Source: the human T2T-CHM13v2.0 reference genome, Homo sapiens
Strand: one strand, 5' to 3'
DNA: 64,000 nucleotides
Assembly (NCBI RefSeq): GCF_009914755.1
Contig: NC_060925.1
How positions within the stretch are numbered: position 1 is the stretch's first letter; the number at the start of each line of letters is the position of its first letter. The translations under genes and the position numbers were made by a program. Of this stretch, positions 46,568 to 58,900 are shown piece by piece. Below the pieces are notes generated by a model. It had not been told where the DNA came from. It was given only the letters and a program-made list of their open reading frames with translations, and made no database searches.

Positions 46568-46790
46568 TTCACTGCAGCCCTGATCTCCCAGGCTCAAGCA
46601 ATCCTCCCACCTGTCGCTGGGACTGCAGGTGTGTGCCATCATGCCTGGCTAATTTTTTTGTTTGTTTTTTGTAGACACGGGATCTCACATTGTTGCCTAG
46701 GCTGTTCTTGAACTCCTGGGTTCAAGCCATTCTCCTGCTTCACCTTCTAAGGGGTTGGAATTACAGGGGTGAGCCACTGTGCCTTTTCCT
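46568..46790 (-). mobile_element. AluJ, tail end missing
   Basis: cactgcagcc...ggctcaagcaatcctcccacc...gaactcctgggttcaagcc...gagccactgtgcc. Confidence 0.85.
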
Positions 46791-47054
46791 AGCCCATAAC
46801 CCAGAACGAGAAATACCTAAAAGCTGTCTCTACTTTAAAATTAACAGGAAAACAATGATTCTGGATTTATTTATATAAGCATTTATATATACATATATGC
46901 TTCTATATTTACATTTTCTTTACAGTATATGTGCATTTATATATATACATATATATGTTATTTCCATATATATACACATATATATGTTATTTACCCAATC
47001 TGTTCATTTACTTCCTCTCAAATCTTCTTAAATGCACATTCCTAACCCATGCTT

Positions 47055-47230
47055 ATTTATATGTTTATTTATTTATTTATTCGGAAGTTTTTAAACATGT
47101 ACTGCATGTCATTCGATGTGCTAATTATTAGAAACACTGAGATGAATAAAACACCGTCTTTGTGTATCATATGACAGACAGTCATGATACTATCCCTTAA
47201 GTGTTGTAATGGAAGCATAGCATGGTTGAA
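47055..47230 (-). mobile_element. L2 3' end
   Basis: tttatttatttattc...tgtgctaattattagaaacactgagatgaataaaacac. Confidence 0.5.
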
Positions 47231-47294
47231 CTAGATATAGAGAAAAAATATGTCTTTTTTGATTACTCATTCTGTACTAGAAGCTACTGCTACA

Positions 47295-47640
47295 TTTTAG
47301 TTATCTGTTAGTGGCATAGAACAACCCGATTTATTATCCCCAGCATCTACAGCACAGAAGTCTTTGTGTGGCACAGCTGATTTTTTGTTCAGGGCCTCCG
47401 CAGGCTAAAATCAAGGTGTGGAGCAAACTGTATTTGCATATACTCTTCCAGTATCATCCAGGTTGTTGACAGATTGTATTCCTTTTGTTGTAGGTCTGAG
47501 ATCCCCATTTCCCCACTGGGTGTTGGCCAGGAGTCACTGTGTTAGCTTCCAATAGTCTCACTCAGGTCTCAACCATGTGGCCTTCTCATAAGATTCTAGC
47601 TTATGTTTTTAAGGAGAACAGGAGGAACTCCCGCCAACCT
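47295..47640 (-). mobile_element. MLT1-type MaLR LTR fragment
   Basis: ggctaaaatcaaggtgtgg...catccaggttgttgacagattgtattcc...tgtaggtctgagatcccc. Confidence 0.6.
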
Positions 47641-48679
47641 GCTGCCTGTTTCAGATACAAGGGAATTTTATATGTTTTGTGCATATTTTATTATTATTTC
47701 TACTAGATTTGCTGTCTACAATGTTCCCTTGAAATTAATATGGAAGATAAACTTATGTGTTCTACAATGGAAGTAAGGAAATCAACTAAATAAAAAGCTA
47801 TCATAATAATCTTATTAGAAATGGTGATGGACTTAAGTAATACGAATAGAGGTAAAAAAAAGTAGTTTTCAAATCAAACTATTTTCTTTTCCATAATGTC
47901 TGATATTATTAACCTCTTCCAGTAACTGAGAACACACATTCTTTGAGGAATAAAGTAGTAAGTAGAAGCTCAGAGACCAATATAATCTATAGACAGTAGT
48001 ATACTCACTGCTGTCTCAAATTTCCTTACACATTCCAGTATTATTAAACTCATATTTCTCTTAAAAAAACTTGACAAGTTAACTTTTGAAATGTACTAGC
48101 AATGTGTGGAAGATGACATATGAACATTGTCAACATATTTGGGTATGTGTGTATACATTTATCCATAAACAAATAAAAATGTATGTTAAGCATGCAAATT
48201 TTAATTAAATTTTCCTAAGAAACTAACAATACAAACAAAAATAAACCTTTATGTATAGCATTAAATATTTTACTATAGGTAAGAAATGAATAGAGAAAAA
48301 ACACATTTTCTGAAGGACATATATTCAGTTTTAAATGATAAGCCTTCTGGTTTCTTTTAGTTGGTTAAGCCCGCAAAAGGGAACACTATAATAAATTACA
48401 TTTTATTGCACTAGATTTCAATAACATAACTTAACTTTGAAAGAGGTATTATAATTTTCAGGGTAATTTGTAGACATTTGTTCAAATATCTTAATTTCTA
48501 AAGATTTATTACCATGATTTAAATAATTTTGAAACTTTATATTAAATATATTAAATGGATATATATTTGTTTAAATAATGCTGTGTTTTGAAAATGCACT
48601 AGAAGTAAAATAAGACACAGATTCTACTCCACAATAGGAGTAGAATAAGAACCAGAAAAAATGATAACAGCAACCAGTA

Positions 48680-49030
48680 TACTAATAATAGCAATCATGG
48701 CTATGTCATTGAGGGCTTAGTACATATAAGATACTGTTCAGTGTTTTGCGTAATTAGTATCTATCTACAAAGTAAAAATTTCGTAAAATATCTTGTTGTT
48801 TTCTCAAAATAATATGAAAGATTTTATCCAAATCCTTTATTCGAAGAGGGTAAATGAGAGTCAGAAATGTAGAGTAATTTGGTCAAGGTTTCACACTATA
48901 GTGTAGTTGTACAATTATGGACTCTCTGGGCAAGAGAATGTAATTTTTGGTTTCAATTATCAAAAAATGTACCATGGAGTTAAAAATAATAGACACCTCA
49001 TAGAATTGTAAAGAATGTTTTAAAAATGTA
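48680..49030. mobile_element. MIR fragments
   Basis: Antisense MIR core (gagggtaaatgagagtcagaaatg...atttggtcaagg) followed by a sense piece (aataatagacacctcatagaattgt). Confidence 0.5.
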
Positions 49031-49363
49031 ATAAACATATTAATAAAATTCAAAATGCATAAGAAGTATAGGGAATTCACAAATATTAATTTATAATACA
49101 GTAATTCAGATACAGTAAGTATCTGAAATATAATTATGTATTATCTATACATTACTGGAATGCATATAAAGCATTATAGTGCACATACATATTTGCATAT
49201 TAAAAACATAGCAAAAATTATGAATTCATAGGGATATAAATATAGAGATATATGATAATAGCATTTTATAGTTTATGGTAGAGTATCTAATATTTCCTTT
49301 TAATTATCAAGACTATTAACCAGAATTAAAATGTAATTGTTGTAACTTCAATAGCATTTACTA

Positions 49364-49632
49364 TTTTTTTTTTTTTTGAGATGGAGTGCAATGGCGCAAT
49401 CTCAGTTCACTATAACCCCCGCCTGCTGGGTTCAAGCGATTCTCCTGCCACAGCCTCCTCAGTAGCTGGGATTACGGGCATGCGCCACCATGCCCTGTTA
49501 ATTTTTGTATTTTCAGTATAGATGGGGTTTCACCATGTTGGCCAGGCTGTTCTCAAACTTCTGACCTCGTGATCTGCCTGCCTCAGCCTCCCAAAGTGTT
49601 GGGATTACAGGCTTGAGCCACTGTGCCCGGCC
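49364..49632 (-). mobile_element. AluS with a small internal deletion near the tail
   Basis: gagatggagtgcaatggcgc (collapse between two tggagt); TSD catttactatt at 49355 and 49634. Confidence 0.92.
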
Positions 49633-49793
49633 ACATTTACTATTTTTATATTGCCATTACCACTCTCAAGAAAGCAAGCACACATTTTAAACTTTCTTTC
49701 ATTTACTTTTTAAATTCTTGACATGGGAGTGATGTATTATATTACCTCAAAAGTTTTGTTTTGCTCATTCATTTGATGGTAATGATTTTTTGA

Positions 49794-50206
<413 letters not shown>

Positions 50207-51107
50207 TATTTATATCAGTTTTAACAAATAATTTTATTTTGATGTAAACTGTGGATGGCGCATTTTACATTGACACTATTTTCTGAAAAAATATATGTAA
50301 AAAAACTAGTTTGGCTATTAGCAAATTACTATATTTTCAATCTTTCTACTTTTCATTTATATTTAACTTGAAGAAATATAAATTTATCCTTCTATGTTGA
50401 CACTTTGGGTCATAATGTATAATTTTGTGTCAATGAATATATGAATTTTCAATTCACCTGTGCATTATTAGGGCTGACTTTTTAACCTCTAAAATGTGAT
50501 AAGGGATTAACTTTCATGATGAGAAATATATTTTATATCTCAAAAGTTTAATCTATGCTGAACTTATTTTTATTCAAGACAACTAGGAAAAGTCTAAATA
50601 TTTTTTCTATGAGCTTGCCATCATTTGCATTACATGAGTAGATAAATAAACATAAATCTGGAAGAATGTACAAAATCAATTAACTAAACAAATCATGCAT
50701 GTAACTCAAAAGATGTAAATTCTAAACGCTAAAAATGCATTCAACCAAAAACGTTAGGTTTGCTGACATTTTAATAATTCTTATTTAATATAATTTTTTA
50801 TTATAACCTTTTAACCAAAGTTCATTTCAGTTTCAAAGGAGATAAATGTGAGAATTCTGATTCGTAATTATTTTTCAGTTTTTAAAAATGAAAAGGATAT
50901 AACGTTTTTAGATCAGTGTTCATATTAAAACATAGCTCAAACTTCTCAAATGTAAGATAAATCACTAAAATAATAAAAATGAAATATTTTGTAGTTATTT
51001 CACCTTCATGCTTCTTGAGTATAAGAATTAAAATATAAAACTTTATCAAACATCTATGTGTTTGAAATTACTTAATACAAATAGAATGATTGCCAATAAA
51101 AAGATAG

Positions 51108-51521
51108 TGAAACTGGGCCAATACTCTCATGGACTCCTCTTTTGGATAAACATAGAAATTTACCTCCTGCTATCAAAGCTTGAAATTTGCGTTTGTTTTA
51201 CCTGAAGTCCTTCCTCAGGAAAGGACCTTCAGGCCTCTTGAAAAAAGTATCAAAGAACCAAAACTCACTAAATCATGGCCCCAGATGCCTCCTTGCCTCT
51301 CCCTAGTTCTGGTTTTCTTACACATTGTTACATTTCTTTCCTTATATATATGCCCCTAGTTTTAGTCAGTGAGGGAGATGGATTTCAGACTGAGCTCCCA
51401 CCTCCTTGGCTGCAGCACCTGATTAAAGCTTTCTTCCTTGGCAAAACCTGTCCTTTTAGTGATTGGCTTTCTGTGCAGCAAGCAGCAGGACCTAGACGAT
51501 ACCCCTGATGTTTCAGTAACA
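51108..51521 (+). mobile_element. Solo LTR, LTR47-like
   Basis: tgaaactgggccaat...gtttcagtaaca ends, ATTAAA signal, 4-bp TSD ATAG (51104-51107 and 51522-51525). Confidence 0.75.
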
Positions 51522-52411
51522 ATAGAGCTTGGCTATTTAAATCTTTATAATACAATGAATATTTAAAACATTATTGAGACTTCAGTATTTTCTTGGTCTG
51601 ATTATCCCCACCAAGACTGTGAGAACAGTATCATACACCCTATCAATCAAGGCCTTGAATAAGTATTTTTTTCTGAACTCTTCTTAAGGTACTTAGTCAG
51701 CAATTAGTAAGTGACCTCTGCCTCCAGCTGACATACAGAGATTGTTAAATGGCCATGAATCCAGTAAGTTGCCAATAAAATTTTCCAGTGGGCTCAATTT
51801 ACTCTTCCACAGAACTGGGACTTAAGTTTCTGAATAATATAGTAAGGTTTCAATTAGTTCAATAAATTTTTAATAAGCACAGCTTATTAATAATAAGGAT
51901 ATCTTATATTTGAGGCTTTTTTTCAGACAGCATAGAAATAATAAGTTCTGATTTTTTAAAGAAGGGAGTTTCTATAGGCATGCCTTTCCTATTATTCAAT
52001 TTGACCTTTGTACCATTTTATGGAAGGCATGATTATAATGACTATTTCTCCTTAATTTTTCTTCAATATAATAATTAAAGCACCATTTTCAATAGCTGAG
52101 ACTAATTTCCTCATCTTGTATCTCTATGTCCTTCTTTGTGTTCTCTTGGGATTAACAAATTGATTTTACTTCCCACCATACAATATTGTTCATGTTTCCT
52201 GTTGTCAGTTATGTTCAGAGTTCACTGTTGAGGATCTCTAAAACATCATCTGAGATATTAATCACATTGTAAGTTCCAGGCTGAGTCTTCAGGTGAAAAT
52301 AAACTCTTAAGAGGCAGAAAAAAATAAACAGGCTTCTGAATCTATGCTCCACTTATTTGAATAATTTCAATTTTGTCGTCTGTATGCTTTTGATATTAGT
52401 TATTCCCCAGT

Positions 52412-53078
52412 ATGGATCCCCACTGGGACCTCGACTCAGATCATGAGGACTGGAGTTGCAAACATCTATTGACCTGTGTTCTAGAAGGACTAAGGAGAAT
52501 GAGGAAAAAGCCTACGAATTATTCAATGATGTCCACCATAACTCAGGGAAAGGAAGAAAATCCTTCTGCCTTCCTTGAGTGGCTATGGGAGGGCTTAAGA
52601 AAATATACTCCCCTGTCACCCGACTCACTTGAGGGTCAATTGATCCTAAAAGATAAGTTTATTACCCAATCAGCCACGGACATCAGGAGGAAGCTCCAAA
52701 AGCGAACCCTAGGCCCTGAACAAAATCTGGAGGCATTATTAAACCTGGGGACCTTGGTGTTCTATAATAGGGACCAAGAGGAACAGGCCAAAAAGGAAAA
52801 GTGAGATCAGAGAAAGGCTGTAGCCTTAGTCATGGCCCTCAGACAAACAAACCTTGGTAGTTCAGAGAAAAGAAAATTGAGCAGGCCAATTACCTGGAAG
52901 GGCTTGTTAACAGTGTGGTTTGCAAGGACACCTTAAAAAAGATTGTCCAGTGAGAAACAAGCTGCTCCCTCGCCCATGTCCACTATGCTGAGGCAATCAC
53001 TGGAAGGTGCACTGCCCCAGAGGACAAAGTTTCTCTGGGCCAGAAGCCCCCAACCAGATGATACAACAACAGGACTGA
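52412..53078 (+). pseudogene. gag: ERV9 gag (capsid C-terminus plus nucleocapsid)
   Basis: QGKEENPSAFLE major homology region, DIRRKLQK, broken CCHC knuckle C*QCGLQGHLKKDC at about 52905-52946. Confidence 0.9.
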
Positions 53079-54335
53079 GAGTGCCCGGGGCAAGCACCAG
53101 CTCATGTCATCACCCTCACTGTGCCCCGGGTACATTTAACCATTGAGGGCCAGGAAATTGACTTCCTCCTGGACACTGGCACGGCCTTCTCAGTGTTAAT
53201 CTCCTGTCCTGGACAGCTGTCCTGAAGGTTTGTTACCATCTGAGGAATCCTGGGATGGCCTGTAACCAGGTATTTGTCCCACCTCCTCAGTTGTAATTGG
53301 GAGACTTTGCTCTTTTCACATGCCTTTCTTGTTATGCCTGAAAGTCCCACACCCTTATTAGGCAGGGACATATTAGCCAAAGCTGGAGCTATTAGCTATG
53401 AATATGGGGAACAAGTTACCCATTTGTTGTCCCCTGCTTAAGGTGGGAATCAACCCTGAAGTCTGGGCATTGGAAGGAACGAACTCAAGCTCCAGCCCTA
53501 AGCCTTCCCACAGGAAAAACTTCTCTTCGTACATCACAGAGAGAGGAGGAATAGCTCTTGGAGTCCTTACTCAGACTCATGGGACAACCCCACAACCAGT
53601 GGCATACCTAGGTAAGGAAATTGATGTAGTAGCAAAAGGCTGGCCTCACTGTTTACGGCTAGTTGTGGTGGTAGCTATCTTAGCATCAGAGGCTATCAAA
53701 ATAATACAAGGAAAACATCTCACTGTCTGGACTACTCATGATGTACATGGCATACTAAATGCCAAAGGAAGTTTATGGCTATCAGACAACTGCCTGCTTA
53801 GATACCAGGCACTACTCCTTGAGGGACTGGTGCTTCAAATATGCACCTGTGTGGCACTCAACACTGCCATTTTTCTCCCAGAGGATGGGGAACCAATCGA
53901 GCATGACTGCCAATAAATTATAGTCCAGACTTACGTCACCCAAGAGAATCTCTTAGAAGTCCCCTTAGTTAATCCTGACATTAACCTATAGACCAATGAA
54001 AGTTCATTTGTGGAGAATGGGATATGAAGGGCAGGTTATGCCATAGTTAGTAACAGTACTTGAAAGTAAGCCTCTTCCCCCAGGGACCAGTGCCCAGTTA
54101 GCAGAACTAGTGGCACTTACCCAAGCCTTAGAACTGGGAAGGGGAAGAAGAATAAATGTGTATACATATAGTAAGTATGCTTATCTAATCCTACATGCCC
54201 ATGCTGCAATATGGAAAGAAAGGGAGTTCCTAACCTCTGGGGGAACCCCATTAAATACCACAAGGAAATCATGGAGTTACTGCATGCAGTGCAAAAATCC
54301 AAGGAGGTGGCAGTCTTACACTGCCGAAGCCATCA
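53079..54335 (+). pseudogene. pol: ERV9 protease plus pol with the RT core deleted and RNase H retained
   Basis: LLDTG at 53166-53180; jump from VWALEG to connection domain QPVAYL...GWPHCL; RNase H SAQLAELVALTQAL...YAYLILHAH. Confidence 0.88.
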
Positions 54336-54499
54336 AAAAGGGGAAGGAGAGGGGAGAACAGCAGCATAAGTGGCTGGCAGAGGCAGGGAAAGACCAGCAG
54401 AAAGGAAAGAAAGAGACAGAAAGTCAGAGAGAGAGAGGAAGAGACAGACAGAGAGAAAGAAAGAGACAAAGAAGAAGTCAAAGAGAGAGAAAGAGAGAT

Positions 54500-54990
54500 A
54501 GAAGTAGTAAAGAAAAAACATTGTACCCTATTCCTTTAAAAGCCAGGGAAAATTTAAAATCTATAATTGATAATTGAAGGTCTTCTCTGTAACCCTATAA
54601 CACTCCAATACCACCTTGTTGGTGGTGTAAACAAGGGCACAGCCTGAAAGCACTGAGGCTACTGTCAACCCATAGACTTCCTATCAAAAATCCTTAACCC
54701 TGCAGGTTTCCTAACAGGGGATCTAAATCTTAATTAATTACCATACAAGGGTCTGACCAGATCTAGGAAGAACTCCCTTCAGGACAGGACGATAGATGGT
54801 TCCTCCCAGGCGATTAAGGGAAAAAGACACAATGGGTATTCAGTAAGTGATAAGGAAACTCTTGTAGAAGCAGAGTTAGGAAAATTGCCTAATAATTGTT
54901 CGGCTCAAACGTGCGAGTTGTTTGCATTCAGCCAAACCTTAAAGTACTTACAGTATCAGGAAGGAGCCATCTATACTAATTCTAAGTTAA
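54500..54990 (+). pseudogene. pol: Second, non-ERV9 pol remnant (HERV-I-like RT N-terminus plus RNase H)
   Basis: YPIPLKAR...PYNTPI, FLSKILNP, and 54792-54986 IDGSSQAIKGKRHNGYSV...LPNNCSAQTCELFAFSQTLKYL...IYTNSK. Confidence 0.75.
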
Positions 54991-55134
54991 TATGGACTGA
55001 ATGAGGTCTTATTAATAGCAAAGAATAATTGAAATCCCAAATTTACAAGGTTTTCAACAAAAGTAAAGTTTGCTAAAAGTTAACAGTGTAACATGTATTA
55101 TCCTACTACCACACACTCTCAAAGGATTTCTCAG

Positions 55135-55625
55135 ACAAGAAATAACAGAACTTATCTTTACTCCACAATCCCAAATAGACTCTTTGGCAGCAGTGACTCT
55201 CCAAAACCACCAAGGCTTAGACCTCTTCACTGCTGAGAAAGGAGGACTCTGTACCTTCTTAGGGGAAGAGTGTTGTTTTTACACTAACCAGTCAGGGATA
55301 GTATAAGATCTGTCCAGTGTTTACAGGAAAAGGCTTCTGAAATCAGACAATGCCTTTCAAACTCTTATACCAACCTCTGGAGTTGGTCAATTATGCCTTC
55401 TCCCCTTTCTAGGTCCCATGACAGCCATCTTGCTATTACTTGCCTTCGGGCCCTGTATTTTTAACCTCCTTGTCAAATTTGTTTCCCCTAGGATTGAGGC
55501 CATCAAGCTACAGATGGTCTTACTAATGAAACCCCAAATGAGCTCAATTAACAACTTCTACTGAGGACCCCTGGACCTTTCACTGGCCTAAAGAGTTCCC
55601 CTGTGTAGGACACTACAACTGCAGG
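55135..55625 (+). pseudogene. env: env transmembrane subunit remnant
   Basis: SLAAVTLQNHQGLDLFTAEKGGLCTFLGEECC (immunosuppressive domain plus CX6CC), followed by a stop. Confidence 0.9.
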
Positions 55626-55718
55626 GCCCCTTATTCACCACCATTCAGCAGGAAGTAGCTAGAGTGGTCATCGCCCAATTCCCAGCAGCAGTTGTGGTGT
55701 CCTGTTTAAAGCGGGTAT

Positions 55719-55948
55719 TGAGAGGTGAAGCCAACTGGACTTCCTGGGTTAAGTAGGGACTTGGAGAACTTTTTTGTCTAGCTAAAAGATTGTAAATGCA
55801 CCAATCAGCACTCTGTAAAAACACACCAATCAGCACTCTGTAAAATGGACCAATCAGTGCTCTGTAAAATGGACCAATCAGCAGGATGTGGGTGGGGCCA
55901 AATAAGGGAATAAAAGCTGGCCACCCAAGCCAGCAGCCAAAACCCGCT
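55719..55948 (+). promoter_or_regulatory. LTR12 (LTR12F-like) U3 with four CCAAT boxes and a TATA-like box
   Basis: tgagaggtgaagcc start; ccaatcag at 55801, 55826, 55850 and 55874; aataaaa at 55909-55915. Confidence 0.85.
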
Positions 55949-56484
55949 TCTGCTTAATTAATTCTGCTATTAAGAGATTCTGGCTCATTCTTCATTGTGT
56001 CAGTTGCATTTTTTCAACTCTAGAATTTCTGCTTCATTCTTTTGAATTATTTCAATCTCTTTGTTAAATTTATCTATTATCTTTAATTTCTTTGAGTTTC
56101 CTCAAAACAGCTATCTTGAATTCCCTCTGAAAGGTCATATATCTTTTATTCTTTAGGATTTGTACCTGGTGCCTTATTTAGTTTATTTGGTGAGGCCATG
56201 TTTTCCTGGGTGGTGTTGATGGTTGCAAATATTCTTTGGTGTCTTGACATTGAAGAGTTAGGTATTTATTGTAATTTTCACAGACTGGGCTTATTTAGTC
56301 TGTCCTCCTTGGGAAGACTTTCCAAGTATGTGAAGAAAGTTAGCCCCGAAACCCAATAATACTATAGTTTTTGCAGACTTTTAGAGGTACTATCTTGTTG
56401 ATCTTGGATAAAATCTAGAAGAAATTTCTGGATTACTGGCAAAGACATTATTCTTTTTCTTTGCTTTCTCCCAAACAAATGGAG

Positions 56485-56636
56485 TCTCTCCTCTCCTCTC
56501 CCCTCCACTCCCCTCCCCTCCTGTCCTCCTCCCCTCTGCTCTCCTCTCCTTTCTCCTCCTCCTCCTTCTTCATCTTTTTCTTCTTGTTCTTCTTCTTCAT
56601 CTTCGTCTTTATCTCCTCTCTCTCTCTCTCTCCCCC
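56485..56636. repeat. CT-rich polypyrimidine tract
   Basis: Mixed (CTCCT)n, (CTT)n and (CT)n. Confidence 0.9.
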
Positions 56637-56864
56637 AAACCACCTGAAACTGGGGGTGTGGTCTATGGCCACCACGACTGGTACTGCACTGGGTTAGAAC
56701 TGAAGCTAGTACAGCACTGGGCCTTGCCCAAGGCCCTTTCTTTCAGGGTGGCAAGTTTTCCCAGGAATTGCAGTCCTTGTGTCCTAGACTGCCTTTCAAA
56801 TTTACCTAGGACCCCAAAGCACTTCAGCCCACATTGGTGAGGCTTGCCAAGAAAATGAAGTTCA

Positions 56865-57140
56865 GGCTGGGCATAATGGTTCATGAATGCAATCCTAGCA
56901 CTTTGGGAGGCTGAGGCAGGTGGATCACTTGAGGACAGGAGTTCGAGACCAGGCCAACATGTTGAAACCCCACCTCTACTAAAAATATAAACATTAGCTC
57001 AGCATGGTAGCATGCACCTGTAGTCCCAGCTACTTGAGAGGCAGAGGCATGAGAACCTCTTGAACCCTTGAGGTGGAGGTTACAGTGCACCAAGATCATG
57101 CCATCACACTCCATCCTGGGTTACAGAGCAAGAACCTGTC
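56865..57140 (+). mobile_element. Alu (old S or J type)
   Basis: Dimeric Alu; TSD aagaaa(a/c)tgaagttc at 56849-56863 and 57389-57403. Confidence 0.92.
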
Positions 57141-57220
57141 AGAAAGAAAGAAGGAAGGAAAGAAAGAAGGAAAGAAGGAAAGAAAGGAAGGAAGGAACGA
57201 AGGAAGGAAGGAAGGAAGGA

Positions 57221-57284
<64 letters not shown>

Positions 57285-57390
57285 GAAAGAAAGAAAGAAA
57301 GAGAAAGAAAGGAAGGAAGGAAGGAAGGAAGAAAGGGAGGGAGGGAGGGGGAAGGAAGGGGAAGGAAGGGGAAGGAAGGAAGGAAAAAAA
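57141..57390. repeat. 250-bp (GAAA)n/(GGAA)n compound microsatellite derived from the Alu tail
   Basis: Nearly pure purine; about 16 perfect GAAA units at 57219-57282; lies inside the Alu TSDs. Confidence 0.95.
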
Positions 57391-58649
57391 GAAACTGAAG
57401 TTCCCACCACTGGGATGAACAATTTCCCTCTGGCTAGGACTGGTCCAAATGCTCCTTCTATGTGTGCACAGGTGCTAAATGAGCCCAGAACAGTTTTATT
57501 ATCTACTTTGACAGGGAAGTACTGAATTCAACATAAAGTCCTCCGGTCCCTGTGCTCTCCCCCACAAACTGCACAGATTCTCTTTCTATGCCACATGGCT
57601 ACTGCCAGGGAATGGAGGACAGGTGGTGTCTGCAATTTAAGACTGTCTCTCCTGCCCTTCTCAATGCCTATTTTCATGATATGAAATTAAAATCAGATAC
57701 TGTGAACTGCTCGTCTTGGGGTGAAAATTTAACTTTAGTTGGGAACCTTGAGGAAGAGGAAGCTCTGTGTTCTTAGATGTAACATCCTGGACCAAAGCTT
57801 CTGTTACACTAATCTGGAGGAGAAAGGGTAGGAGCATGTTGTGGTTCAAGTGCCGTAGACTCTCATCTTTAATACTGAGATTTAGTCATTTTTTATGAAT
57901 ATGTGTTTATTTGTTGTTAAGTCTTAGGACTATTTCCAGAAACTTCAGTTTATACATAAACCTGTTAAATGTGTATTTCAGTAGGGAGAAGGTATGCCAA
58001 GCTGCCATTTCAGAAATCTTTGTTCTTTTTCACTGCAATGCTGAACCATTGTGTATCTCTTTAGTTCCCTAGTTTTTGCATTTTGTTATTTTTTTATGAG
58101 ACTCTTGACCACCAAACATAAGAAAATGACAAAAACCTTATGGAAAAGTAAAGACACAATATCAAGCACACCTGTCAGAAGCTTCAGGGTTTTTCTGGCG
58201 TCTTGACCTCTGAAATCTAGCACACTTTCATATCCCTGATCTCCAATGTTTGTCCAGCCACATAAGGCTGCTATAGTTTTGATCTTTCTGCCTGACCTCC
58301 AAGCTGAATACCAATTAAGAATCAGCAGTGTCTCAAAAAAACAAGCAGCAGAGAATATCATGTTCACTTTGCTGTTTTTCTCTCCTCTGTGCTACATTGA
58401 CCCTTAAATCTCAACTGTCTTGGATGCTTTTTAACGTCTTCAAATGTCAGCATTTTTGGATTTCATCTAGTTTTTAGAGTTGCATTTATTGTGTTTCTGT
58501 GCAAATCAGTCATAGGCAGGGTTCACGTCTATCTAAAAAATCTTAAATTAAAAAATGCATCTTGAAGCATTTTTATAGATAAGTATCTGAAATATGTCAT
58601 GTTAACTGTGTTAATCTCATTAATGTACCTATTATTTTGGCACAGAGAT

Positions 58650-58900
<251 letters not shown>

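Larger units (their letters stand above)
52403..55948 (+). mobile_element. HERV9-type non-autonomous provirus fragment, truncated at both ends
   Basis: gag-pro-deleted pol-env TM-PPT-LTR12 order; no 5' LTR, and the 3' LTR is cut short. Confidence 0.9.
55949..57705 (-). mobile_element. L1M (L1MA-type) 5'UTR/ORF1 region, interrupted by an Alu and simple repeats
   Basis: ttctgctattaagagattctg...tcctcaaaacagctatcttgaattc...tgaagagttaggtatttattg...gcaatttaagactgtctctcc. Confidence 0.8.

Noticed and set aside
48621-48646. Hairpin attctactcc-acaata-ggagtagaat
   Set aside because: A 10-bp stem with no supporting context is not distinguishable from a chance or trivial micro-event
56362-57525. K/E/R-rich and F/L/S-rich ORFs
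   Set aside because: Stop-free translation of purine/pyrimidine simple repeats and Alu
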